A stretch of 64,000 nucleotides of DNA from Octopus vulgaris (lineage: Eukaryota). The DNA lies in NCBI GenBank assembly GCA_951406725.2, contig OX597814.1, positions 152,458,001 to 152,522,000 of the forward strand. The letters run 5' to 3'. Positions 39,385 through 51,087 of this stretch are shown one piece after another. The notes under the pieces are model-generated. The model worked only from the letters and a program-made list of their open reading frames with translations. It was not told the DNA's origin and did not search any database. Each line of letters starts with the position of its first letter. Positions within the stretch are counted from its first letter, which is position 1. Both the position numbers and the translations under genes were made by a program.

Positions 39385-39843
39385 CCGTAAATCCTCGAGT
39401 ATAGTCCGCCCTTGAGTATAATACGCAGGGGATTTTTAGGGGGCTGTACCTCTAAAAAACTTCTCTAACTTGAGTCAAGGAGGTCTATATAACGTCCTTG
39501 GTTTGTAAAGATGTATACGGTAACGTCTTTTATAATTATTGTATATATAACATAAAGCAAGCGTGTAGCTTTTTTGTGCATTTTGTTTGCAGAAAATAAA
39601 GAAATAACAGTAATAACGTTTAATAAATGTTGCTTACTGCAAGTTATGCATGATTCTTTTATGACTTCATTGCTTTCAGGCTTAACTGAAGGTATTTTCG
39701 CGCCCGACATCACAAAATGCGTCTGAATAAACATTGCCGGATAGAAAATATTTTTCATTTTTAACCTCGTATATAGTACGCACTATGGATTTTGACCGTT
39801 AAATTTTGGGGGGAAAATGCGGATTATACTCGAGAATTTACGG
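39385..39843. mobile_element. pogo-type MITE (459 bp)
   Basis: TIRs CCGTAAATCCTCGAGTATAGTCCGC / GCGGATTATACTCGAGAATTTACGG flanked by TA. Confidence 0.9.
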
Positions 39844-40154
39844 TAATGGTGGTTTGAGTAAGGCTGCGTGTATAGATAAAGGAAAGACGAGGAAACCAGG
39901 ATTAAGTGCTACGATTTATTCAACCCGTTAAAAGCATTAACACGGCAAAGCTGTTGAGATACATCTTGAAAGGACGGCCAGAATATATACACAATGGTTT
40001 AACAAGCAGTTGGTACATAATGATGATGTATACGATGTAGAATAGAAAAACAAATACGACACAACTTCTGCTAGAGGACAGGACAAACGTACGCGGATAG
40101 CTGAAGATGCCTGCGAAATAAAATTTGTTCTCTGCCGAATATCCGAACTCGCTC

Positions 40155-40450
40155 TAGACGACCCACCTCATTGAGGAAAATAACGGGAAGACTCCTCCTG
40201 TGTAGCTAGCGGTGGCCCGCTTGGCTGGTTTGTCACGTGATATGGTGCACAGCCCGAGTAAAGCTTGAGGGACTCGACCATCACGGAATGAGCCAAAATG
40301 TGGGTACTTAAAGGTAAGGAGCCAAACTGTGAACATGCTTCTGCTACAAATAGACGGAGTGGTTGAAGTTGTTTGATGTTTAGTAGACACTAGTAACGAA
40401 GTCTCCGATCATGTTTCCCTACTATCAGACGTCCTCAGTGAAGCATAATG
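40155..40450 (-). mobile_element. Older degenerate RTE-like fragment
   Basis: Minus strand HFGSFRDGRVPQALL resembles GHVxRMxDxRxPKxxL. Confidence 0.45.
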
Positions 40451-40470
40451 ATAAGGATGAGTCGCAGAGA

Positions 40471-40901
40471 GAACATGTCTCTGATGAAGGTGTTGCACAC
40501 CTTTGTCTTCGATCTGAGGCAGACGAGGTTGAACAGCCTGCCGTCCCATCTGGTGCGCAGGAAGTTCCCCACTGTTGCAATGCTTTAAGTACAGAATGAA
40601 GAAAATCCCAGGGATGTTGTAAAAAGAGCTTTGAAGACTCTTGTCATCAACGTAGAGTCCTGAGTGAGCCTCGCAGCTGACCGGCCAACATGGAAAAGAG
40701 GTTAATGTGCACAGCAGCAGACAAGCGAGTCCGCAGTGACTCCAACAGACCTAAGACCGTATACAAATGTGCTCTATGTGGCAGAGTTTGTCACTCATGT
40801 ACAGGTTTGTTTAGCCACCGGAGACGCTGCTCCAGCTGTGCTGAAAGCAGCAAGGATACTGCCCATGGTCAGCTCTGACCGAAGGAGGTCCTAAAAATAA
40901 A
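40471..40901 (+). mobile_element. RTE LINE insertion with inverted 5' segment and 12-bp TSD
   Basis: GAGTCGCAGAGA at 40459-40470 and 40902-40913. Minus strand 40580-40471 encodes RTRWDGRLFNLVCLRSKTKV...IRDMF (RT). Plus strand ~40600-40890 encodes KRALKTLVINVES...AADRPTW...YKCALCGRVCHSCTGLFSHRRRC, followed by an A-rich tail. Confidence 0.85.
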
Positions 40902-41288
40902 GAGTCGCAGAGAAATATTTATACAAGTATGCAAATATGCAAGGGAAACAGGCCAGAGAAAATGCAGTGTGCTAAAGGTTAAACATCATTCAACAATGTT
41001 CACCACATCGATACAGAATTAGACTTGTTTAATTATAGTTATTGTGATAAATTCACTATAAATCTGATAATGATATTTATATATTTTAGATATTCTGTCA
41101 CTATTCTGTTACTATGCAATTATTTTTCAGTTTAAACACATTTCCAGAAAGTCACTTATAAAGCAAATACTACTCTGGCTAATAAATGAATAAATAAATA
41201 AATAAAAGCGTCTACAAAAAAACCTACAAGAATAGTTTAAAATAATGAATATCTTATAATACACTATTCGCGACTATAGACTCTCGCG

Positions 41289-41359
<71 letters not shown>

Positions 41360-41633
41360 CACTCTCAAACATACACCTATACACTCAGACACGCGAGGAC
41401 GTATACAAATCCACACCAGTTGTTAAGCGGTGAGGATAATAAACACATACACAAATATACAAAGCGATTCAGCAAAGGAGACCGATAGAATAAGTACTAG
41501 ACTTAAGGATAAGTACTAGGGGCGATTTGTTCGACTAAAATCCCTTCAAAGCGGTGCTCCAGTTTCGTCGTAGTCCAAGGACTGAAACAAGAGATAAAAG
41601 ATATACAGAGGCAAATTGACCGAATCGCTAGAG

Positions 41634-41916
41634 TAGTGGTTCCCAAAGTGGGCGGTACTGCTCCCATTCCCCCGCCTGAAGGCAGTGGACAGATCCAGGG
41701 GGAAGGCATTGAATAAAAGTTGGGCGATAATAGAGTAGCCGAAAGGGGACAAAGGATGTAAAAAGAAAATAATGGATTAATTGGGTTAAGTTTTATTTGT
41801 GAAATACAGTTGTTTTGAATTTGCTGTAGAAAGTGGTTTACGTTTGTGGTGGCAAATAAGCGTGGGGAGCTGGGGTTCCAAGCGGGGCGTCACCCGAAAA
41901 AGTTTGAGAACCATTA
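41634..41916. mobile_element. hAT MITE
   Basis: Termini TAGTGGTTCCCAAA / TTTGAGAACCATTA; TSD CGCTAGAG vs CACTAGAA. Confidence 0.75.
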
Positions 41917-42244
41917 CACTAGAACACGGTATTTGTTCCGACTCACTGCATTTTAAGTTCAAGTCCCAGTGAGGTTAACTTTGTCTTTCAATCATTCATT
42001 CGAGATTGATAAATAAAGTACCGATAGAGGATGTTGGATTAATAGAATTGGTAGAATGTCTGACGGTAGCTTTTGGATATCTGTGATGGCCCTTTTGCGT
42101 TCTGATAGCAACACTTGCGGCAATACTTGTGCCGAGTTATAACGGCCTAAGTCTTTTCGTTGGACAACATCGACGGTGTAGACAGTGGAGACCGGCATAC
42201 GTAGCCAACGGTTTGTTGTTCATAGAAAGTAATAAATAAATTTA

Positions 42245-42465
42245 AGGCTGCGAGCTGGCAGAAACGTTAGCACGCCGGGCGAAATGCTTAGCAGTTTTTC
42301 GTTTGTCTTTACGTTCTGAGTTCAAATTCCGCCGAGGTCAACTTTGCCTTTCATCCTTTTGGGGTCGATAAATTAAGTACCAGTTACGCACTGGTCGATG
42401 TAATCGACTTTATCCCCTTGTTTGTCCCCTCTATGTTTAGCCCCTTGTGGGCAATAAAGAAATAA
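42245..42465 (+). mobile_element. SINE family A monomer (AAGAAATAA tail)
   Basis: Full head, core and tail; AGAAAGTAATAAA on both sides. Confidence 0.85.
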
Positions 42466-42544
42466 GAAAGTAATAAACCTGCCCAAGTTTGCTCATATAG
42501 GTACAGATGAAAGGTTAATCCTGACAGACTGGGGTCCTATCTTT

Positions 42545-43270
42545 TAACTTTTGTTTCAGTCATTAGACTGCGGCCATCCTGGGGCACTGCCTGAAGAACT
42601 TTCAGTTGAAGGAATCGACTCCAGTAGTTTTTTCTTTATTTTTATCCGGGTACTTATTCTATCGAAATGTTTTGCCGAACCGCTAAGGTACAGTTCTGAA
42701 GGGTTCTGAAGGGTTTAGTCGAACAAATCGCCCCCAGTACATATTTTTACGTCTGATACTTATTCTATCCGATTTTGCAGTCGAACCTCTAAGCTACAGG
42801 GATGTAAACAAAACATCACCGGTTGTCAAATAGTGGAGAACAAGCATAAACACTTAGACTCGCGCACAGGGACATGCATACATGCATACATACATATGTT
42901 TGTGTGTATGTGTGCGTGTGTGTGTGTGTAAAATTTAATTAATGACAAAGAACAAGAAATTAAGCAATGAACTTCATTAGCTCACAGCTGTTTCTGCTAT
43001 AAGGTGCAGTGCACTCAGAGTTGAGAACATGTGCATACTCGACTAGCGATTTATTCTGAAGCATATCTTCAGGTGCGCGCTTGCGCGCGTATGCGTCTGT
43101 ACGCACAGAATGAATTTCGACATAGTTTCCGTCTACCAAATTCACCAATAATAAGGCATTGTCCACCCGGAACTATAGTAGAAAACACTTGCCCAAAGTG
43201 CTACACAGTGGGACTGAACTTGTAACTATGTATTTGCAAAGTAAACTTCTTAAACACACAGCCATGTCTG
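42545..43270 (-). mobile_element. SINE family B, diverged and partly duplicated
   Basis: Tail at 42545-42850; head at 43120-43270. Confidence 0.65.
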
Positions 43271-44590
43271 TGTCTATATACAGAGGAATAACCTATGGAT
43301 ATCATCTACATCGAAAACCACAACTAAGTAAGAGCTAGCACGTTATTTCACTCTTGTTTTGTAACAGTATTTTATATTTCAAAATGTCAACTTAATATTG
43401 TCGTAAATCTAAGATCTGATCACTAACACGCTTTTTTCGATACGGTTTCTGTCAAGAAAAAAAGGACTCTCTCCTTGCACTTCGTAGGTTCTGTGATAAC
43501 TGATCAAATTGATGCGGTTGATGTTCAGTTTGAATAGCTGCAAGTCATCACTTGTGGGAAAACAAGGGTGAGAACGGTACCCCAGAAGGTTGGCCGCCTG
43601 AGGATAAAGGCCTGAAAATGTTGCTTGTGACGGGATTAGGATTTGAGGCACATGCTGGATGACGGCATGAGGTAAGCTGGCTGTAACAGCAGTGATACTC
43701 AACTAGCTATGTCTCCGAAAACGGGGCTTTATACTAACGATTGGATAATCATGGTGACAGACATGTTTGCTGGCTCCCGGTAGGTTACTGAGTTCTTGCA
43801 GATCAGCTGAGTGAATTTCTTTTCAGCAACGGTCGACGATGTTTTTAATATGTGACAGCAACGCCATTACTGGATAGAATAAAGATAAGCGCTGTTTTCA
43901 AGGATAAGGATACAGTTAGTCTATTAAATCTATATGATATTTATTTATTTCATCGCCCCTGGAAAGATAAAAGCAAAGTTGGTTCAAGCAGATGATTGCA
44001 ATCCAATAATATTTTCTTACATAAATATGAAGCTTCAAATGATATTGTTAACACTTTGCTTTTGAGTAAGATATCTGTCGCTTGAAATTAGCTATCATCA
44101 GTCAGATTACCCTGAAAACTGCTCGGGTAGTTACAAAGCTATATTCAAGGAAGATCCATCAGGCCAATTTTCTGATCTGTCAACTCACAAACGTCAGATG
44201 CACAAGATCCAATAATTGATCTGTTTTTATTCTCAGTTTTCACTAGAGATTTTTTATCGTCTTCAAGAATTAACTGTTTCTGAACATTGATGATTGCACG
44301 CTATTTCAACCAATAAAATGTAATCAGCAGATAAAAGTGACCTTGTAGCAGATAGCTATGACCTTGTCAGGATGAAAGCCAGAGCAGATGACTAGAGATT
44401 AACATTTGAGATATCAAACAACAAATCAAGGAAAAGACCATCAAACCGTAAATTGCCCTTTGGAAATTGTAAGCTGTTTGTGAAAAAGCAACTTTAAATT
44501 CTTGCTATTGCTGCTATTGGCAACGAAGATGTGTAAGAAGAGTGTTTCCACCAGTTTTGACAGAAATACACAGAGCTCTGTGCGTGCGTC

Positions 44591-44731
<141 letters not shown>

Positions 44732-45631
44732 ATGATGCGTGCGTGGGTGCGTGCGTGCTTCGCTATAGAAAATCGCTAAACAGAACAGGATCAATGTCTA
44801 CCTATAAAAATCTGAAATATCATAGATAGCAAACGTATCTTTTGGATCAACGCTTCATATAACATATTCACTGAAGAGAAGGAAGCCTTTATATGGTTGT
44901 TCGATCTGCTACAAATATCAGCCAAATGTCCTCAAATATCGTCTAAACATAAAAGATATGCAACTTGCTAGTTCTAGAAGGAAGAGGCTTTGTAGTAGCA
45001 ACAGAATAATTATGGTTGGTGGGAACATATTTGCTGACTAGAGGTTTGTCAGTGAGTCTTTGTAGTTGGTCACGGCTGGAATGCTTTTGATCAGGGCAGA
45101 CCTGGAGCTGAACAACAGCGACAACAATAATCTTCTAGAAATTGCAACCAGATCTCCTTTGAATCACAAGCTATCCAGTTAAATAGAGAAGAAAGCATTG
45201 GATAATGTAGTTCTAAAACCATTGTCTGAAAAAATGTAACGATCATTACTGAAACGCCTTTCATCATAGCAGAAATGAAGACTAGACAACAATCTATCAA
45301 TCAATCAGTTTACCAATCAATCTTGTCGGGCGACTTGCCCAGGCCAATGCAACTTTTCCACGCTAGGCGTCTTGATCGAGCGATGAGGCATGATTGTCTG
45401 ACCTGATTTTTAGACACACTGATCTTCTGCTAGCTAAAGTATATGATCCGCGTACACTACAGAAGAAAGCAAGTTGTTCACTAACTGAACTGGTTGATCC
45501 TAGCCGTTGCTAAGTTGTTTGTTCATCCGCTCAACATCTAATGATAATTCGGCATTGATTTGCTGAAATAGTTAAAATCCACCATGCTGCAACCCATGAT
45601 TTCAGCATATCTTGACTCGGGTGATTCGTCG

Positions 45632-45876
45632 CCCTTTTGAAGCCTAGCCAGGCTCATGGGCCCGGTTTCCCGGTTTCTATGGCGTATGTGTTCCCCAGCT
45701 GGACGGGACGCCAGTCCATCGCAGCGTTACTCATTTTTGCCAGCTGAGTGGACTGGAGCAACGTGAAATGAAGTGTTTTGCTCAAGAACACAACGCATTG
45801 CCCGGTCCAGGAATCGAAACCGCAATCTTGTGATCATGGTGCTGACACCCTAACCACTAAGCCACGCGCCTCCACA
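45632..45876 (-). mobile_element. SINE family C
   Basis: Near-identical reverse complement of 35589-35840; ACTCGG(G/A)TGATT on both sides. Confidence 0.88.
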
Positions 45877-46484
45877 CTCGGATGATTACATTCTATTTAA
45901 TCCAAAGCTGAGACCCTAACAAATTCTATTACTCCAGATCAGAGTAGACTAGCGAACAATAGTTGCTAAGAAGTGATTCCACACTCTTCAAAACACTGGA
46001 ACTCCTGAACGAGACTCCCATTACAGAAAGCAATAACTCAAATTCAATTTTTAAAAAATATCACGATCACTGAAGCTAGTAAAACTGACGATGCAAAACT
46101 AAAAGGCTCATTGTCAGTAATTTACTTGAAGGAAATAATAAATTGCTGTATCAACAGTTTTCTGCCAACTTAACGATGACTAACATATTTATTCTGTATA
46201 TTTTCCAACAGATTCGAATGCAAATAAGCTAATCACTGTTGTGTTCGTCACAGCAAAACAGCTTCTCCTTTCCAATGTGTATTCGTAATATATTGGTTTC
46301 ATAAGTACAAGGGATTCTGCAACACCAGTGTTTCGACATGTTTTATCTCGTTAGCCCAACGAACATTTTGTTCGCTGATCCGTGCTGATATCTTCCAACC
46401 GGTAATAAATCGTTATTTGTTCGGCGAAAAGCGAGAGTCAAAACGATGACTTGCATAGTTGTTCTTAATATGTTCCAATAAATT

Positions 46485-46672
46485 TAGCACGCCGGGCGAA
46501 ATGCTTTGCGGTATTTCGTCTTTTATGTTCTGAGTTCAAATTCCGCCGAGGTCGACTTTGCCTTTCATCCTTTTGGACTCGATAAATTAAGTACCAGTTG
46601 CGTACTGGGGTCGATCTAATCGACTGGCTCCCTCCCCAAAAGTTTCGGGCCTTGTGCCTAGAGTAGAAAAGT
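46485..46672 (+). mobile_element. SINE family A, 5'-truncated
   Basis: Core plus GGCCTTGTGCCTAGAGTAGAAAAG tail. Confidence 0.85.
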
Positions 46673-46789
46673 ATATGTTCCACTAAATTCGAACTCAAAT
46701 ATGCAATAAACTTGAACCACTCGAAATCTTTCCGCTGCTCTGCGAAAAATGTCTCTCTAAGGGAACCAGCAAATCTTTTGTTTTTTATA

Positions 46790-46985
46790 TTTTACTTGTT
46801 TCAATCATTGGATTGCGGCCATGCTGGTGCACCATCTTGACGGTTTTAACCGAACAAAATAACTCCAGAACCTACTTTTAAGTTTGGTGCTTAATCTATT
46901 GGTCTCTTATGCCAAACCGCTACGTTACGGGGACGTAAACGAACTAACACCGGCTGTCAAACGGTGATGTGGGTACAAACACAAA
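46790..46985 (-). mobile_element. SINE family B 3' half
   Basis: TTTTACTTGTTTCAATCATT...GCGGCCATGCTGG. Confidence 0.72.
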
Positions 46986-47231
46986 TATGTACCCACAAAT
47001 ACAGCATATCATTTAATATTTCTCTCGATTACTCCACTTAATTATGACGAGTTATACCGAGAGTATTACAAAAGTGAATGTAACTTTTCTCCTAACTGAA
47101 ATACGTTGTTTAAATTGCTAGTATAAAAATCTTCCCCTATACAATGATATTAATCAACATGATCTCCATCACAAGCGATGCATTTGCGCCATCGGTGAAC
47201 CCAACTCACGAACACTCTTTAAAAAAATTTA

Positions 47232-47378
47232 GGTGGTGTGTGAAGGAAAGATAAACTCAAATAAATATGTGTCCATATTGCAGAAAGGATTCCTTCCAAA
47301 CTTCTCCAGTGGTGAAATGATTAAAGAAGACTCTGTATTAACGGAAGATGGGATTCCTTGTCACATGGTTAACCAAGT
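47232..47378 (+). mobile_element. Tc1-like transposase fragment
   Basis: VCEGKINSNKYVSILQKGFLP...VLTEDGIPCH resembles G.MNS..Y..IL...LLP...FQQDNAPCH. Confidence 0.65.
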
Positions 47379-47589
47379 TTGTGGAGATACCTGACAGTTG
47401 TTCTGGGACTGACATCAACTGTCTACAGTGGATAGTGGCCTGCACTTAAATTTTTTCCACTTAATTTATTTCTACCAAATATTTGTAACTGTTCCGTAAA
47501 ATTAGATTTGACTATTGATTTAACATTTGTCTTAACCTATTCCTATTGTGATAATCATGAATATTTACTTGTTTTTAACAAAGTCCAAA

Positions 47590-48236
47590 TATTTGTTTAT
47601 TCTCTGTATGAGTCTCTGTATGTGTCTCTTTAATAAGTGCATCTAAAATTTTTAACAAATACTAAGTTATAGGAAACTAAAGAATAATGCCAACAAAAAC
47701 ATCAAAGTTTTTTTTAATTGAGAACTTTTAATTTTTATTCATTCAAATTCCTAATTTAATTTTTTTTTTTAATTTTTGTAATCAGAAAAAAAGAATTTAA
47801 ATATTCAGAATAATTTATAATTAAGAGAAATTATAACAGCTTGACCTATAATAATAGCAAATTAACTTAGAGGCTCAGACTTTGAAAAATGCCAGAGCAC
47901 AATAATCAGAACACATCCCCTTCAGAACATTCAATTATTCTTCCAGAGAAACCATTCCCAGCACCGGTACATTGTTTCCTTTGCAAGTTTTCCATGTCCT
48001 TTCTGTTTATTTTTTTTATTTATTTTCTACTTTTTTATTTTTATTTTTATTTAATACACTTTTTTTTCAAAACGCAAAGATAATTTAATTATTTTACAAA
48101 TCTGGTGGGGAAACAATATACATCTCCATTATAGGACTGTCATTAAATACTGATAATTTTCGTAATTAATAAATAATCTGTACAGTCTTCGCTAATGACC
48201 GCAACCAAATTGAATTCTTAAGATTCATTTCTTTGG
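47590..48236 (-). other. DEPDC5: Probable DEPDC5 3' UTR with candidate polyadenylation signals
   Basis: AT-rich unique sequence after the stop. Several minus-strand AATAAA (plus TTTATT) near 48006-48050, 47734 and 47596. True 3' end unknown. Confidence 0.45.
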
Positions 48237-48666
48237 TCAGGTAACCTCTGAAGAGGAAGCTGAGTAGAACTCATTCCAGAAATTTAAGAGTCGGTTTTCA
48301 TTGTTGTTACAAAATTTCCTGAAGTCCAAAAGAACTTTGTCTTGAAAGAGTTCATCTCCAGTGAATGTTGTGCGCCATCGCTTGGATAACATATGGTTCC
48401 ATGACCAAAGTATAGGAAAGTTTGCTGACAATGAATTCTGTTCATGGCGTAGGTCACCACAGTGTTCAATGTAATTTACAGCAGTTTCTGACACTTGAGA
48501 GGAGGAACGAGTTGACCTTTGTTTGGTACCAAGTTTACAGAGATTGTCGATGGTAGAGAGTATGATGAACATCCCTCCAGAACAGTGAATATACTGTTCG
48601 ACTTCAATACAGTACCATGGAGATTGGCTGTCATCATTCTGCATCTTCACGCTAATGAAACCAAAT
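48237..48666 (-). CDS. DEPDC5: DEPDC5 terminal coding exon to the TGA stop
   Basis: Acceptor ttaactttcag|A. Encodes FGFISVK...EQYIHCSGGMFI...WSWNHMLSKRWRTTFTGDELFQDKVLLDFRKFCNNNENRLLNFW, resembling the recalled human C-terminus [44 protein letters not shown]. Confidence 0.95.
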
Positions 48667-48934
48667 CTGAAAGTTAAATAAATAAATGAATGAAACATGA
48701 TAAAATAAACACAACATGTGACTGCAGTTGCAAAACTTAGTCAGACAGAAAGAACATATGCTAACGTGTGCAATTTATGTAATTAATCCAGAAAGAGATG
48801 CAGGAGAAAAAATACAAAACAAACAGAAGTTTTATGAGAATTCAGTAAAGCAAAATAAATAACCACTAAAACGAATGGCAATTAGGAAATGGTTCAAAAT
48901 GTGAATATAGATGTGATAAAAGAATTCACCTTAT

Positions 48935-49110
48935 ATCTTTTACTTGTTTCAGTCATTAGACTGTGGCCATGCTGGGGCACCGCCTTGAAGAATTTTTAGT
49001 CAAATGCCTTAATCCCAGTACTTAATTTTTTTTTTTTTTTAAGTCTGGTATTTATTCTATCGATCTCTTTTGCTGAACTGCTAAGTTACAGGAACATAAA
49101 CATACCAACA
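48935..49110 (-). mobile_element. SINE family B 3' half (DEPDC5 last intron)
   Basis: TACTTGTTTCAGTCATTAGACTGTGGCCATGCTGG. Confidence 0.75.
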
Positions 49111-49463
49111 CACATCAAAAGAGTTATAGACTGTAGCAAATATTATGTGATGGTAATGTATAAAGTGCAACAGATTTAATAAGACAGACTAAGTCACAAT
49201 TGATAGGAAGACAGACATTATACAGGTTTTCAAGTAAAAATATTGATATACTTAAATGCAACTGCTTCTACTAAAACACTTTTGAACCTATATATGGGAT
49301 CAATAAATGGTGGAGAGAGGCCAATGAGGGTGCTTCTATGAGGCCTACTAGAAAATAACAGCTATATCTCTCACGACTCGGTCTTCAAAAAAGATTGCCA
49401 AAAGATTATGCCATATTATTTCTGGCATAAAATCTATTTTAAAACATCACCAGAGAACCTTAC

Positions 49464-49524
49464 CTTTTCACAACTGCGGACTGGAATTTCAAGATAATTT
49501 TTGTAGTTTCATTAAAATCCTTCC
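49464..49524 (-). CDS. DEPDC5: DEPDC5 short coding exon (61 nt)
   Basis: Acceptor ctttctcttcag|GG, donor AAAG|gtaagg. Encodes (G)KDFNETTKIILKFQSAVVK(R). Phase 1 in and phase 2 out link the flanking exons exactly (cf. human LFQEAIAHR-FGF). Confidence 0.92.
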
Positions 49525-49768
49525 CTGAAGAGAAAGAATAAAAAGACCAATTTTTCAAATAACTTTCTAAAAGTCTTTGAGAAGACATGAGAAAGTAGAG
49601 TATTTATGATTAACACACTTACACACAAACACTGTTAACTTTCATTATACTAGGTATATATTACTTGTTAAGATAAACATCCTAAAGGCCAAAGTGCATC
49701 CAACATTATTTTTGAAGTATCAAGTAATTTTACAATCATTATTGTTTTCGTTACTTTTGTTGTAGTTA

Positions 49769-49980
49769 AGGTAGTGAGCTGGTAGAATCATTATGATACC
49801 AGGAAAAATGCTGAGTGGCATTTTGTCCATTTTTACATTCTAGGTTCAAATGCTGCCAGGGTCAACTTTGCTTTTCATCTTTTCGAGGTCTATAAAAAAA
49901 GTTCCATTTGAGAACTGGGGTCAATTTAATCGACTTAACTCCTCCTCTGAAATTGCTGGCCTTGTACCAAAAATTTGAGA
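49769..49980 (+). mobile_element. SINE family A (DEPDC5 intron)
   Basis: Diverged head, core and tail. Confidence 0.75.
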
Positions 49981-50305
49981 TTATTATTATAATTATTATG
50001 ATTATTATTACTATAATTAAAGTGGTGAGTGAACTGGCAATCCATTTTAACCCTTCAGCATTTAAACTGGCCATATCCAGCTCAAATATTCCACTTGTTT
50101 TATGTTGAAAGTGATCATATCTTGCCTCTCACACCAACCCTACAATGTCACTCAAAATATAAACAATCACATCATAGAGGTCTCGATTGTACGAGAAAAT
50201 GCATGATTAATTCAAAACAATGTAAATAAATAGGCATTACATTTGACAGAATAATCTGAATGCTAAAGGGTCAGTGTTAGTAGGGTATGATTTGACCCTG
50301 TAGAG

Positions 50306-50464
50306 CAGTGTTTCAAGCTTTTTACCCTTGTGTAACCCTTAAAATAAATTACATATCTCAAGGAACCCTTGCACGAAAAAAATTATATACCATATCTTTC
50401 TCATATTTTTTCATTGTAGTTCACGTGGTAAATATCACATGCTAGCATGGAAAACGGACGCTAA

Positions 50465-50506
<42 letters not shown>

Positions 50507-50572
50507 CATGTGTGTGTGCATGCTTGCGTGTGTACATACATACATTCATACATACATACATACATACATACA

Positions 50573-50603
<31 letters not shown>

Positions 50604-50809
50604 GGTTGTTTTATTTTTTTGATAACATAATAGATTAGACAGGATGATGTCTATATTACAATACTGTAGTAATCAATAATATTTTGTGCATGTATTGTAA
50701 TAGTATGATCATGAAATTAGCATTAGTTTATCTCACTCTTTCTCATGGAACCCCTAGAAGCCTTTTGCAGAACCCTAGTGTTTCAGAGAACCCCAGTTGA
50801 GAAACGCTG
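50306..50809. mobile_element. hAT MITE with perfect 8-bp TSD, containing a SINE 3' tail and microsatellites
   Basis: CTGTAGAG at 50298-50305 and 50810-50817; termini CAGTGTTTC / GAAACGCTG. Confidence 0.88.
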
Positions 50810-50918
50810 CTGTAGAGATTTCATCATGTGTTGGTGTGGGTACAGTGATAAATTTTTCTGAGTGCAACTGTGCATGCATGCTTACATGTTATCATATACA
50901 TCAACAAATAAAGTTTAC

Positions 50919-51087
50919 CTTCGATACACCCTGACGCTAAGCATTTAATACAAGAGAGATCCATTTTTAGGGTAAATGGTCCTCTTAAAGGATCTGATTG
51001 AGGCCACTGTGGTAAAGCAAATGGATCCAGAGGTACAGGTAAGAGATGGAACCCGCCGTTCTGGGTTTTCCGAGACCACGTGTAAAT
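50919..51087 (-). CDS. DEPDC5: DEPDC5 coding exon (169 nt)
   Basis: Acceptor tttcttttcag|ATT, donor GAAG|gtaaac. Encodes IYTWSRKTQNGGFHLLPVPLDPFALPQWPQSDPLRGPFTLKMDLSCIKCLASGCIE (cf. recalled human [23 protein letters not shown]...DPLRAQLFIPLNISCL). Not in the ORF track in this frame. Confidence 0.94.

Noticed and set aside
43440-43880. Possible CR1/L2 remnant on the minus strand (similar weak LINE-like text at 26040-26450 and 45900-46170)
   Set aside because: Too degenerate to assign without a search.
48667-48698. ATG start of ORF 48237-48698
   Set aside because: Intronic; the exon begins at the acceptor at 48666.
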